A DNA stretch of 64,000 bases from a virus (IMGVR_UViG_3300031998_000007), one strand, 5' to 3'; positions 54,350 through 62,915 are shown, numbered from the stretch's first letter. Made by a program: numbers and translations. The notes: generated by a model not told the origin, from the letters alone.

Positions 54350-54778
54350 TTACCATTCGACGATGAAGCGGGTCTCGAGAAAGCGCTTCTCGAATTCCTT
54401 CTTCTGCTGTACGCGCGGGTCAGATGCCGCATTGTCGAGGGTGATGATGTTGGACGGCTTGTCTTCCGTGACCTTGAACCCGTTGTCCTTGAGCTTCTGG
54501 ATGAGGTCATGCTGCATCTGGTACATCTCGTTCACGCGGATGTCGTCCGCCTTCTGGCCGGCACCGGCGAACTGCATCTCGAAGAAGTTCTTCTTCATGA
54601 TGTCGACGGGGCAGCCGCGGACGCCTGCCGCAAGAGTCATTCGTTCAAATTCCTGAAGGTGGGTCTTGTAAACGCGTTCGATTGCCGGGAGATTGGCAAG
54701 TTCTGCAAGTCTTTCTGCGTCGTTCATGATGTCTCCGTATAAAAGGGGTGGCAGTTTTCCGTTACCGGGTTTGATCAT
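54350..54778 (-). CDS. hypothetical protein
   Basis: 142 aa. Confidence 0.5.
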   Translation of the reverse strand: MIKPGNGKLPPLLYGDIMNDAERLAELANLPAIERVYKTHLQEFERMTLAAGVRGCPVDIMKKNFFEMQFAGAGQKADDIRVNEMYQMQHDLIQKLKDNGFKVTEDKPSNIITLDNAASDPRVQQKKEFEKRFLETRFIVEW

Positions 54779-54943
54779 CCCGAGGCTGCCAACTCGTCCG
54801 GCTTACGATCCGGCCACTACGTGACGCACAGTTTGCACGTCCGACCGCGCAGACGATTTCGCTACCAGGGGAGGAGCTAATGCCTGCCGTCTTAGGTTCG
54901 GTGGGATGTTTCGGTCCGCTCTAGAAACGGCTGTGACATTAAA

Positions 54944-54966
54944 TATACAAAAATGCCGGCGCCGGT
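54944..54966 (-). terminator. intrinsic terminator (minus)
   Basis: ccggcgccgg palindrome followed on the minus strand by CATTTTTGT. Confidence 0.5.
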
Positions 54967-54974
54967 CCAAGCGA

Positions 54975-55145
54975 TTAACGCCTTTTCTTCCGGTTGAGGA
55001 ACCGGAGCTGGAAGTAGTCGCCCTTGTAGCCGCATTCGACTACGCTGTCGGAAAGGTCCGGGATGACGACTTCGGGGATGAACGGGCGGATGAACGTATC
55101 AACCAGGCGTGCTCGTAAGGATTTGCGTTTGATGTGTTTGCTCAT
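54975..55145 (-). CDS. small basic protein (56 aa)
   Basis: MSKHIKRKSLRARLVDTFIRPF...; below the ORF-track cutoff; followed immediately by a terminator. Confidence 0.3.
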   Translation of the reverse strand: MSKHIKRKSLRARLVDTFIRPFIPEVVIPDLSDSVVECGYKGDYFQLRFLNRKKRR

Positions 55146-55200
55146 GCGATGAAACTAGGTTATCCGGCAGGAAAAATGTATATTTGGGACGGAGGCATAT

Positions 55201-56184
55201 ATGCGAACACTTCAAGCATTTCAACGCGAATACTACAGGTTCTGCCATGACGACCGCACCCCGTTCGAGCGGGACGGCATGCGCCTGTTGCCGGTGGACA
55301 TCAAGCGGGATGAGAAAAACTTTACGCCGCACGGCATGCTGGTCGGGAACGGGCCGATTGCCGGCAAGAAGACCGAGGTCAAGGTGGCACAGGTCTGTGC
55401 ACTCGTCCCGGCGCTCGCCATGCCCGTAGTGGTGAAGACCGAGGACGGCAAGCAGGAGTTCTATTCCGACTGTGCGGAAATACTGCCGAAATGGGAACTC
55501 GACACGTTCGCCGAGCGGATGGTCAAGGAGTTCGGTGACCCGAAGAAGGGCGACTTCGACGGCCTGTTCGAGTTCAACATGACGACCATCCGGTATGTCG
55601 GCCCGGGTGCCGCGAGCGACATGCACACAAGGGGCTGGACGCTTGACATCGCCGGGCACAAAGGCATGTTCACCGACATTGTCGGGAAGGATGGCGGTAG
55701 CCACCTGTTCCGTCTTTCATACGGCGAGAACAAGCACAGGGAGTGGGCGGATGTTACCGATGCCGACGTGGAGAGGGTGGTTTCCCAGCTGCGCGAGTTC
55801 ATCAAGGTCCATACCGGGAAATGGAACGCCAAGCGCATATACACCCACCTGGACGACACGCTCGGCGAGTTCTTCGTAATCAACGAAGACGGGGTCGCGT
55901 TCATTCCGGCAATCCGCCTTGCACTGGCCAGGCGCAAGTCCCTTGCCTCCCCGGTGATCGTGAGCGCGAGCGGTTTTGCCGTCGTTCCCTGCGACAAGAA
56001 CGGGGAGAACGAGAACGCGATAGTCGGCGTCGAACTGGACAAGTTCTGCGATGCCGACTACATCGCACTGTTCAACTACGTAAAGAATACGCTGGCGACC
56101 GCATTCGCCTACCTTGCCGCCACAATAAAAAGAAACGAGCCGACCATTGATAGTCAGCTCGTCAAGCAAGAGGCCAAGGACTAG
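55201..56184 (+). CDS. hypothetical protein
   Basis: 327 aa. Confidence 0.55.
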   Translation: MRTLQAFQREYYRFCHDDRTPFERDGMRLLPVDIKRDEKNFTPHGMLVGNGPIAGKKTEVKVAQVCALVPALAMPVVVKTEDGKQEFYSDCAEILPKWELDTFAERMVKEFGDPKKGDFDGLFEFNMTTIRYVGPGAASDMHTRGWTLDIAGHKGMFTDIVGKDGGSHLFRLSYGENKHREWADVTDADVERVVSQLREFIKVHTGKWNAKRIYTHLDDTLGEFFVINEDGVAFIPAIRLALARRKSLASPVIVSASGFAVVPCDKNGENENAIVGVELDKFCDADYIALFNYVKNTLATAFAYLAATIKRNEPTIDSQLVKQEAKD

Positions 56185-56648
56185 GCCTTTGCGGATGTCT
56201 CCGGGAGGTCTCCCACGTCACGCAAGTATGTGAGGCGGGAGCAGAACTCCTGGACGGTCAGCACCGTGTGGTGGGTGTCGTGCTTTCCCACGGAGTGGGT
56301 GAGCGTCGCCTTGTTGGTCGCGAGCAGTGCGCTGCGGAACCCGGGGTTCTTGTTCAGCTGGTTGTATGCGCGGTTCAGCAGGATCTGGTATGCTTCGGAG
56401 TCACGCTTGATGGGGATGCCCTTCCAGTAGAGCGTCTGGTCGCGGTACCAGTTCTTGTGCTTGCCCTTGTGCTTTGCCTTGATGCCCACGAGAGAGCATA
56501 CGTAGATCTGCATCTCCGGGTTGGAGAACTTGAGCGATTGCAGGAAGCCTTCCATCGAGGCGCACTCCACCCCGTCGAACGTGAACGGGTGAGGGGCGAA
56601 GTTGCTGAGGGTTCCTGCCGGGTATGAGTTGTTGCTTCCAATATCCAT
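56181..56648 (-). CDS. NADAR (YbiA/DUF1768) domain protein
   Basis: LSNFAPHPFTFDGVECASMEGFLQSLKF matches the N-terminal signature of NADAR/YbiA. Confidence 0.7.
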   Translation of the reverse strand: MDIGSNNSYPAGTLSNFAPHPFTFDGVECASMEGFLQSLKFSNPEMQIYVCSLVGIKAKHKGKHKNWYRDQTLYWKGIPIKRDSEAYQILLNRAYNQLNKNPGFRSALLATNKATLTHSVGKHDTHHTVLTVQEFCSRLTYLRDVGDLPETSAKA

Positions 56649-56670
56649 AGTAGTTACCTCTTTGATAACT

Positions 56671-56703
56671 GAAATATAGCAATTTTCGTTTTTGCTATAT
56701 TTC
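56671..56703. promoter_or_regulatory. divergent pair of extended -10 promoter motifs
   Basis: gaaatatagcaatttt (minus) and gtttttgctatatttc (plus), each followed by a GAGG ribosome-binding site and ATG about 22 nt away. Confidence 0.55.
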
Positions 56704-56724
56704 AGTCAACGAAAGAGGTTACAC

Positions 56725-57774
56725 ATGTCAGAACAATTCCATTTTGCCGGCCTTGACCTGAAAGAAGTGCAGGTCCCCGGCTTCACGATGCACACACAGA
56801 CCAAGCGCACCCGCATGTTCAAGATTGAAAACTTGGACATCCCCAGCTATTCGATTACGGCGCGTGACGCCCTCGGAACGGACGAACGCCGCGAGGTTGG
56901 CCGTTTCCGCATCTACAATATCTATTTGCTGATTTCTGCGGAAATCGGCGACAACAACAACAATTATTGCTGGACGACCGATAACAAGGTCCTGTATGAC
57001 ATCTACGACACATCCGTTTCTGTCGGCGGGCACACTTACCAGGTCAGGTCTCCCCGCATTGGCGACGGCAGTGGCATTCGCGACTGGAACGCCTCCGTGG
57101 ACTACGAACAGAAAACCAATTACCATGGATGGTTGCAGACCCACCTCAGTTCCATTCACTGGGCACACGGATTCTTTAACCCGGCCGCGGGAAGCAAGCG
57201 TTTCTTCAATGACGCCCCGCTCGACAAGTGCCTGGAAAACGCGGAAGAAAAACTGAAGATTAGCTACATTCGCGACCAGCTTGAACGCAATCTTGGCGAA
57301 ACGGCACGCGACGTTTTCAACGCCATCGTTTCGTCGATAGAAGAAAAGTATGCCGACCGTTTCGGTTCGTATTTTGACGCAACTACCCAGCGCGTGGTGA
57401 AATCCGTCACAAACGTGGACTTTGACCGCGACCTGGACATGGTGGGACGCATTACCCTTACTCCGGCAGGCTTTGCCCAGGTATGCAAGGTATGTGCCGA
57501 TACCGAACGCAAGGAGCTTTTTGAAAACTGGAAAGCATACTGCACCGAATCGTTCCGCCACCAGATTAAGACGCATGAAAAGATGAGTTCGGTAAGCATC
57601 TACGTTCCGGTCATCCGCCCGTGGTCGTTCGAAGCGTATTGCGCAATCCACGATCGCCAGGCAAAGGAAGATTTTTCCGCGGCGGAAGAAATCGCAAAAC
57701 AGCTTGCCAAGGACACCGGGAAGGAGTTCAACGACGATCCGGTCCTCTATTCAACAGGGTACAGCAATGACTAA
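56725..57774 (+). CDS. hypothetical protein
   Basis: Start at MSEQFHF after an AAAGAGG ribosome-binding site; the ORF-tool TTG start lies inside the promoter. Confidence 0.5.
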   Translation: MSEQFHFAGLDLKEVQVPGFTMHTQTKRTRMFKIENLDIPSYSITARDALGTDERREVGRFRIYNIYLLISAEIGDNNNNYCWTTDNKVLYDIYDTSVSVGGHTYQVRSPRIGDGSGIRDWNASVDYEQKTNYHGWLQTHLSSIHWAHGFFNPAAGSKRFFNDAPLDKCLENAEEKLKISYIRDQLERNLGETARDVFNAIVSSIEEKYADRFGSYFDATTQRVVKSVTNVDFDRDLDMVGRITLTPAGFAQVCKVCADTERKELFENWKAYCTESFRHQIKTHEKMSSVSIYVPVIRPWSFEAYCAIHDRQAKEDFSAAEEIAKQLAKDTGKEFNDDPVLYSTGYSND

Positions 57775-58261
57775 CGAAGAAAACAAAGACAGAACTATCA
57801 CCCCCGGCAGCACCTGGGCGCACTTCAAGGGCGCCACTTCCCAGGTGATTACCGTCGCCAAGCACTCCGAGACAGGCGAGGAACTCGTCATCTACAAGTG
57901 CATGGGCAACGCGGGGAAGACCAACCACAAGGACGGCATCTACGCCCGACCGAAGGAAATGTTCCTTTCCGAGGTTGACCGTGCGGCCTACCCGGAAGCT
58001 ACCGCGAAATACCGCTTCACCAAGATTAGCGACGGCCCGGCGCCGCATCTCTATCTGGTGAATACGCGCATCCGTGCGGTGAACCCGGACCATGAAGGTT
58101 CGATCCCGACGAAGGACGGGCTGCCCTATCGGCTGAAAAGCAACAAGACCGGCGCTGCCCTGTACGACGACCTCTGCTGCCAGGTGCATGAACAATCGAA
58201 CGACAGCGCCCTGACTGTCACGGATGTTATCGGGTTTACCGACCTCGGACCCGCCGATTAG
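57764..58261 (+). CDS. hypothetical protein (DUF1653-like)
   Basis: [35 protein letters not shown]...[11 protein letters not shown] resembles DUF1653. Weak. Confidence 0.45.
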   Translation, partial: AMTNEENKDRTITPGSTWAHFKGATSQVITVAKHSETGEELVIYKCMGNAGKTNHKDGIYARPKEMFLSEVDRAAYPEATAKYRFTKISDGPAPHLYLVNTRIRAVNPDHEGSIPTKDGLPYRLKSNKTGAALYDDLCCQVHEQSNDSALTVTDVIGFTDLGPAD

Positions 58262-58285
58262 CGTAAATCGGCAGATTTTTACAGG

Positions 58286-58310
58286 AACCCACCGCATACG
58301 GTGGGTTTTT
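58286..58310 (+). terminator. intrinsic terminator fused to promoter
   Basis: aacccaccg-cata-cggtgggtt followed by TTTTG that is the start of the promoter motif. Confidence 0.55.
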
Positions 58311-58320
58311 GCTATATTTC
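58306..58320 (+). promoter_or_regulatory. extended -10 promoter motif TTTTTGCTATATTTC
   Basis: Followed by a GAGGTAAAAAT ribosome-binding site and the ATG at 58337. Confidence 0.55.
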
Positions 58321-58336
58321 AGGCAGAGGTAAAAAT

Positions 58337-58846
58337 ATGTCAAACGAAAATGAAACCGTTGTTGTCCCGCTCTCCAAGATGCTCGTAACCGAAAAGAAGC
58401 CGTATGAAGGCGAACTCGAACGCCCGCCGTTCGCTGCCGACTGGCCGTTCCTCCCGAGCGAAATCCCCGGCGTTGACGTTTCCAACGCATCCACTTCGAT
58501 CACTCCCGACATGGACATCAAGGCCCTCGCCATGGCTGCCCTCCGAATCAATCGCGACGCGAAGCGCTATGTCGCAATCAACACAAACCAGGGCACCGGT
58601 AGCCATACCGCGAAGCTCCTCGCCAAGAACATCGCGTGCGCCCTCAAGGCGGCGCTCAACGCCAGCTACGTCGGCAAGAACCTCGGCGACGCGATTGGTG
58701 ATGCCGCATGCCTGGAAGAAATCCGTAATGCGGGCAGCGACACTACCATTTATGACAAGCACGACCGCGTCAACAAGGCAATCGAACAGGCCAGGATGCT
58801 CAGGCTGTTCTTCATCGTCAATACACTCAACGATTTCAGGGTATGA
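58337..58846 (+). CDS. hypothetical protein
   Basis: Start at MSNENET (the ORF-tool N-terminus MGFCYISG is the promoter translated). Confidence 0.5.
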   Translation: MSNENETVVVPLSKMLVTEKKPYEGELERPPFAADWPFLPSEIPGVDVSNASTSITPDMDIKALAMAALRINRDAKRYVAINTNQGTGSHTAKLLAKNIACALKAALNASYVGKNLGDAIGDAACLEEIRNAGSDTTIYDKHDRVNKAIEQARMLRLFFIVNTLNDFRV

Positions 58847-60867
58847 TGTCCAAGAACCGCAATTTGAGAGAGGCCAAGACGGCCAAGAATGACGAGTTCT
58901 ACACCAGTTACAGCGCAGTCTCCCATGAAATGAAGGCGCTGTTCGAGCGTGACCCCGGCTTCTTCGCCAACCGCACCGTCCTGTGCCCGTGTAACGACCT
59001 CGAACATACGGGGTTCCGTGACTTCTTCATCGACAACTTCCAGGGTCTGGGTCTCCGCAGGCTCACCTGTACCAGCTATGTCCCGGGCCATCGCGGCCAC
59101 GCGGAGACGGTTACGCTCAAACAGGACGGTAGCGTCAACGTCGTCCGCTGGGTGCTGGATGGCGACGGGGACTTCCGTTCCCCGGAAATCACGAAGTTCA
59201 TGCAGCATTCCGACCTGGTCGTGACCAACCCCCCTTTCAGCTGTTTCTCTTCAGATACCGAGGTGCTCACCGACGGAGGCTGGAAGCTGTTTACCGCCGT
59301 CAAGCCGGGCGACCTCGTCCTCAGCATGGACCCGGCAACCCGCAAGGTCGAATACGCCCGCATCGTTCGTTTCTACGACACCCCGTACAAGGGCGAGCTG
59401 TTCCACTTCAAGAAGTCCGGCATGGACCTCATGGTGACCGGAAACCACCGCATGATCTGCAACGAGCGCAAGGACCTGTTCTGCCGCGCCGACGAGGTGG
59501 TCCCCCACTACCACTCGGTGCCTATCCGCGGGCTGGAATACGACTGGAGCGGCATCCACGAGGAGTTCTTCACTCTCCCGAGCGTCATGCAGAACGAGCG
59601 CTACACCCACAAGGACATCACCGTCCCGGAAAAGAAAATCCCGATGGGCGACTGGCTGGAGTTCCTCGGGTTCTGGCTCGCCGACGGCTGCGTCCGTTTC
59701 GGCAACAATGTCAACGGCAATCCCCGCTACACGATCAGCATCAAGCAGAACGAGGAGAACGAGAAGTACGTCATCGACCTCTACGCCAAGATAGGCTTCC
59801 CGTGCAAGGTCGAGCGTTCCTCCAAGACTAGGAACCACAACTACACCGTTTACAGCAAGCAGCTGTGGACCTACCTCGCGAAGTTCGGCAAGGGCATCGA
59901 GAAGAAGTTCCCGACGGAAGTCCTCTACATGGAACCGGCCTACATGGCCCGCTTCCTCGACGGCTACATGAAGGGCAACTCCCATCTCTCCCACATCGGC
60001 GGGAAGGTGAGCCAGGCAATCGGCAGCACCGCCCCGAAGCTGTGCGAGGGCCTGCAGGAGCTCATCCTGAAAGTGCGCGGCGTGCTCGTGCAGTTCATCC
60101 AGCGCAAGTCCAAGGGAAACCCCTACTGGATGGCGAACTGGGCAATCGAGACCAAGAAGCGCAATACGGACTATCCAGTGCCGGAGAAGGTCCAGTATGA
60201 CGGGACCGTGCACTGCCTGGAACTCGACCGCAACCATACCATGCTCGTCCGCAGGAACGGCCTGGCGACCTGGTGCGGGAACTGCTTCCGGGACTTCGTG
60301 GACTGGGCCGACGGCGCCGACAGGGACTTCTATGTCATCGGCAACAAGAACTGCGTCAACTACAACGAGGTGTTCCGCAAGATGCGTTCCGGCAGGATCC
60401 AGCTCGGCATCACCTCCCCGGACGAGTTCGAGACGCCGGAAGGCGAGACCGAGAAGGTCACCGGCCTTTGCCGGTGGTACACGAACATGTTCGTCCCCCG
60501 GACGGAAGACGAGCGAGGCATCTGTCTGCGGGCCACCTACGACCCGGCGAAATACCCCAAGTTCGAGAACTTCGACGCGATCAACGTCGACAGGGTTTCC
60601 GACATCCCGAAGGACTACTACGGGGTGATGGGCGTCCCGATTACGTTCTTCGACCATTTCGACCCGAAGCAGTTCGAGGTCCTTGGCCGGAGCGGGGACA
60701 CCGCGTGGGTATTCGGCGAGTGCGAGTTCTTTACGCCCCCGCCGGAGGAACGGCAGAAGGCGTACAAGGCCTACTACAAGAACTGGCGGGTGCAGAACAG
60801 CTACCTGCTCGACGAGAACGGGATGCCGAAGTGCATCTATTACAGAGTTTTCATAAGGAGAAGATGA
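58843..60867 (+). CDS. DNA N6-adenine methyltransferase (EFYT...NPPF) interrupted by a LAGLIDADG intein
   Basis: Extein motifs NDEFYTSY and VVTNPPFS|C; 347-aa in-frame insertion begins CFSSDTEVLTDGGW (Hint block A), contains LEFLGFWLADGCV and ARFLDGYMKGNS (two LAGLIDADG motifs) and ends ...NHTMLVRRNGLATWCGN|C. Confidence 0.7.
   Translation: MMSKNRNLREAKTAKNDEFYTSYSAVSHEMKALFERDPGFFANRTVLCPCNDLEHTGFRDFFIDNFQGLGLRRLTCTSYVPGHRGHAETVTLKQDGSVNVVRWVLDGDGDFRSPEITKFMQHSDLVVTNPPFSCFSSDTEVLTDGGWKLFTAVKPGDLVLSMDPATRKVEYARIVRFYDTPYKGELFHFKKSGMDLMVTGNHRMICNERKDLFCRADEVVPHYHSVPIRGLEYDWSGIHEEFFTLPSVMQNERYTHKDITVPEKKIPMGDWLEFLGFWLADGCVRFGNNVNGNPRYTISIKQNEENEKYVIDLYAKIGFPCKVERSSKTRNHNYTVYSKQLWTYLAKFGKGIEKKFPTEVLYMEPAYMARFLDGYMKGNSHLSHIGGKVSQAIGSTAPKLCEGLQELILKVRGVLVQFIQRKSKGNPYWMANWAIETKKRNTDYPVPEKVQYDGTVHCLELDRNHTMLVRRNGLATWCGNCFRDFVDWADGADRDFYVIGNKNCVNYNEVFRKMRSGRIQLGITSPDEFETPEGETEKVTGLCRWYTNMFVPRTEDERGICLRATYDPAKYPKFENFDAINVDRVSDIPKDYYGVMGVPITFFDHFDPKQFEVLGRSGDTAWVFGECEFFTPPPEERQKAYKAYYKNWRVQNSYLLDENGMPKCIYYRVFIRRR
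59242..60282 (+). mobile_element. intein with LAGLIDADG homing endonuclease domain
   Basis: Cys1 at 59242, terminal Asn at 60280-60282, +1 Cys at 60283; blocks A, C/E (LAGLIDADG x2), F and G recognisable. Confidence 0.65.
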
Positions 60868-61448
60868 TGAGCGAATACGCATCAATCAGTGAACTTCGCG
60901 AACGTCTGGCAAAGCTGCCGAAAATCAACTCGGAAGCCTTCATCCAGGCATGCCGCGAACGCGGCCCCATTGCCCCGTTCGACTTGGAGAACGCGGTGAA
61001 GAACAAGATCAAGGAATCCACCGTGTACTACATCTATGTCGGTGCCGGCGGAAAGTTCAGGTTCAAGCCCTACACGCTCAAGCGTGACGAACCGACCTTG
61101 AAGTGCGCGAAGAACTGGGCGGACAACCACTGCTTCGACCGTCGCTTCTACCAGGACGAGGAAGAAGCCCGCGCGATGTGCGCCTTCCTCAACGGCAACT
61201 GCCCGGACGCGGAAATCGTCCGCACCCGCATCGAGAACACCGTGGCCACGGCGATGAGCTGGGGGACCGACAACAAGATCGGTGAAATTGACTACGCGAC
61301 CACCGTTTTGCGCGAAATCTCCAACATCCCCGGGCTCCACCCGGACCTTGTCCGCGCGGCAATCTATGCGGAAAATTTCCTCACTTCCTATCGCGCATAC
61401 CACGAACAGATGGAGACTGTCGCGAGGGAGGATGAACACGATGTCTGA
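60864..61448 (+). CDS. hypothetical protein
   Basis: Start at MMSEYAS after an AGGAGAAG ribosome-binding site. Confidence 0.5.
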   Translation: MMSEYASISELRERLAKLPKINSEAFIQACRERGPIAPFDLENAVKNKIKESTVYYIYVGAGGKFRFKPYTLKRDEPTLKCAKNWADNHCFDRRFYQDEEEARAMCAFLNGNCPDAEIVRTRIENTVATAMSWGTDNKIGEIDYATTVLREISNIPGLHPDLVRAAIYAENFLTSYRAYHEQMETVAREDEHDV

Positions 61449-61701
61449 TGAAGTGAGGAACGGCCGGGTCGACTGGCAAGCCGAAAAGTGTCGCGACTGG
61501 CTTGACCGGAATGACGGTTCCGCAACCGACACGGACGACCGGTTGAAGGAGGCCCTCTACGAGTTCGAGGTCGATTGGTTCGGGTCCCACGGGACCTGTA
61601 ACGACGCCAACGCCGAGGGCGGGTATACGCCGGAATACTATTCCGCAAGGTTCTGGTACTTGAAGGAACGCGGCCTGGAGCTCCCCGATGAAAAGGATTA
61701 G
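61441..61701 (+). CDS. hypothetical protein
   Basis: 86 aa, ATGTCTGATGA overlap with the upstream stop. Confidence 0.4.
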   Translation: MSDEVRNGRVDWQAEKCRDWLDRNDGSATDTDDRLKEALYEFEVDWFGSHGTCNDANAEGGYTPEYYSARFWYLKERGLELPDEKD

Positions 61702-61984
61702 CCTCGTCGTTGACCGGGTCGTCTCGATATTCGGCCCTCCGCTGGATTTTGTGACCGGCGTCGCCCTCCTGTTTCCGACGCTGGCCACGGTCATCGCCCT
61801 GTGCGTATGGCCGTTGCTCCTGTGCATATACGGAAACTGCAACGGGTGGTTCCCGCCCGGGTTCGCCTATCTGGTTGTCGGCATCCCGTCCACCGTCCTG
61901 TGGGTCGCCATCGTGTTCGCCGTCGTCATGCGGATCGGCAGCCATCGAGAAAAGCCGGATGACGGCGTGGAACCTGGCGCCTAA
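61688..61984 (+). CDS. small integral membrane protein (3 TM)
   Basis: Hydrophobic segments GVALLFPTLATVIALCVWPLLLCIY and LVVGIPSTVLWVAIVFAVVM. Confidence 0.5.
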   Translation: MKRISLVVDRVVSIFGPPLDFVTGVALLFPTLATVIALCVWPLLLCIYGNCNGWFPPGFAYLVVGIPSTVLWVAIVFAVVMRIGSHREKPDDGVEPGA

Positions 61985-62013
61985 TTTTGTATTTTTCCTG
62001 CAAGGAGATTACT

Positions 62014-62601
62014 ATGAGCAATAAGAAACAAGAAACTTCCAGTATGTCGCTGGCTGCGGACCTGTCCCGCAGGGAATTTTCCAACTGCGTCGGAGACTTT
62101 TCCGACTTCATGCGTCACACCTTCAAGAGCCTGGACATCGAGTTCGTGGCGACTACGCGCAATACCAAGAACGACCGCGGCGTGCTCAACGAGCTCTGCC
62201 TGGTCCTCGGCCCGTCCTGGCCGGAAAACTTCCGCGGGGTCAGGTTCTCCTCGGTCAAGGCGAGCGAGTTCGAGAAGCTGTGCAACAAGGGGCTTACCGG
62301 GGAAGGCAGCGTCAAGCGCGTCCACTATGAATGGTCCCCGTCCGACCTCGAAAAATGCAGGTTCCTGACCGCGGACATCACTTCGCTGTATTTCAGTTCC
62401 GGGAAGCTCGACCGCTACAATACTTACGGTTCCGTCACCGGCCTCGGGGCGCTCCTCACCTATGCGACGGACTTCAAGAACGCCGTGTTCCTCTCGAACA
62501 TCGCTGCCACCTATATCCGGGCCGCGGATGGCTTGCGGAAGGCCTCCAACGGTGAAACGCCAGTCGTCGAAGTAGAGGACAAGAATGCTAAGGTCTCCTG
62601 A
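62014..62601 (+). CDS. hypothetical protein
   Basis: Start at MSNKKQE after an AGGAG ribosome-binding site. Confidence 0.5.
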   Translation: MSNKKQETSSMSLAADLSRREFSNCVGDFSDFMRHTFKSLDIEFVATTRNTKNDRGVLNELCLVLGPSWPENFRGVRFSSVKASEFEKLCNKGLTGEGSVKRVHYEWSPSDLEKCRFLTADITSLYFSSGKLDRYNTYGSVTGLGALLTYATDFKNAVFLSNIAATYIRAADGLRKASNGETPVVEVEDKNAKVS

Positions 62602-62902
62602 CGAAGCCAAGGTCGAGCGCAAGTTCCGCGGGCGGTGCGTGATGCAGATCGACAAGAAGCACCGCATCGTCTGTAACAAGCTGTTGATGAACGCCTATCC
62701 CCAGTGGAAGGGTCGGTTCTTCTGGCACCGGTACAAGTCCTACTCGATAGATACGGCAATGGGTTCACTCATCCTGTATTCCGTGTTCCAGGACCCGGTG
62801 TTCTTCCTCCTGTATGCGGATGCGCTCACGTTTATCCACGCGGCCATCGAGCAGGAGAAGAAAGGCAAGAAGATTGGGGAATACTACTACGAGGAGATAT
62901 AG
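62585..62902 (+). CDS. hypothetical protein
   Basis: 105 aa. Confidence 0.4.
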   Translation: MLRSPDEAKVERKFRGRCVMQIDKKHRIVCNKLLMNAYPQWKGRFFWHRYKSYSIDTAMGSLILYSVFQDPVFFLLYADALTFIHAAIEQEKKGKKIGEYYYEEI

Positions 62903-62915
62903 GTTCCCGAAAATA

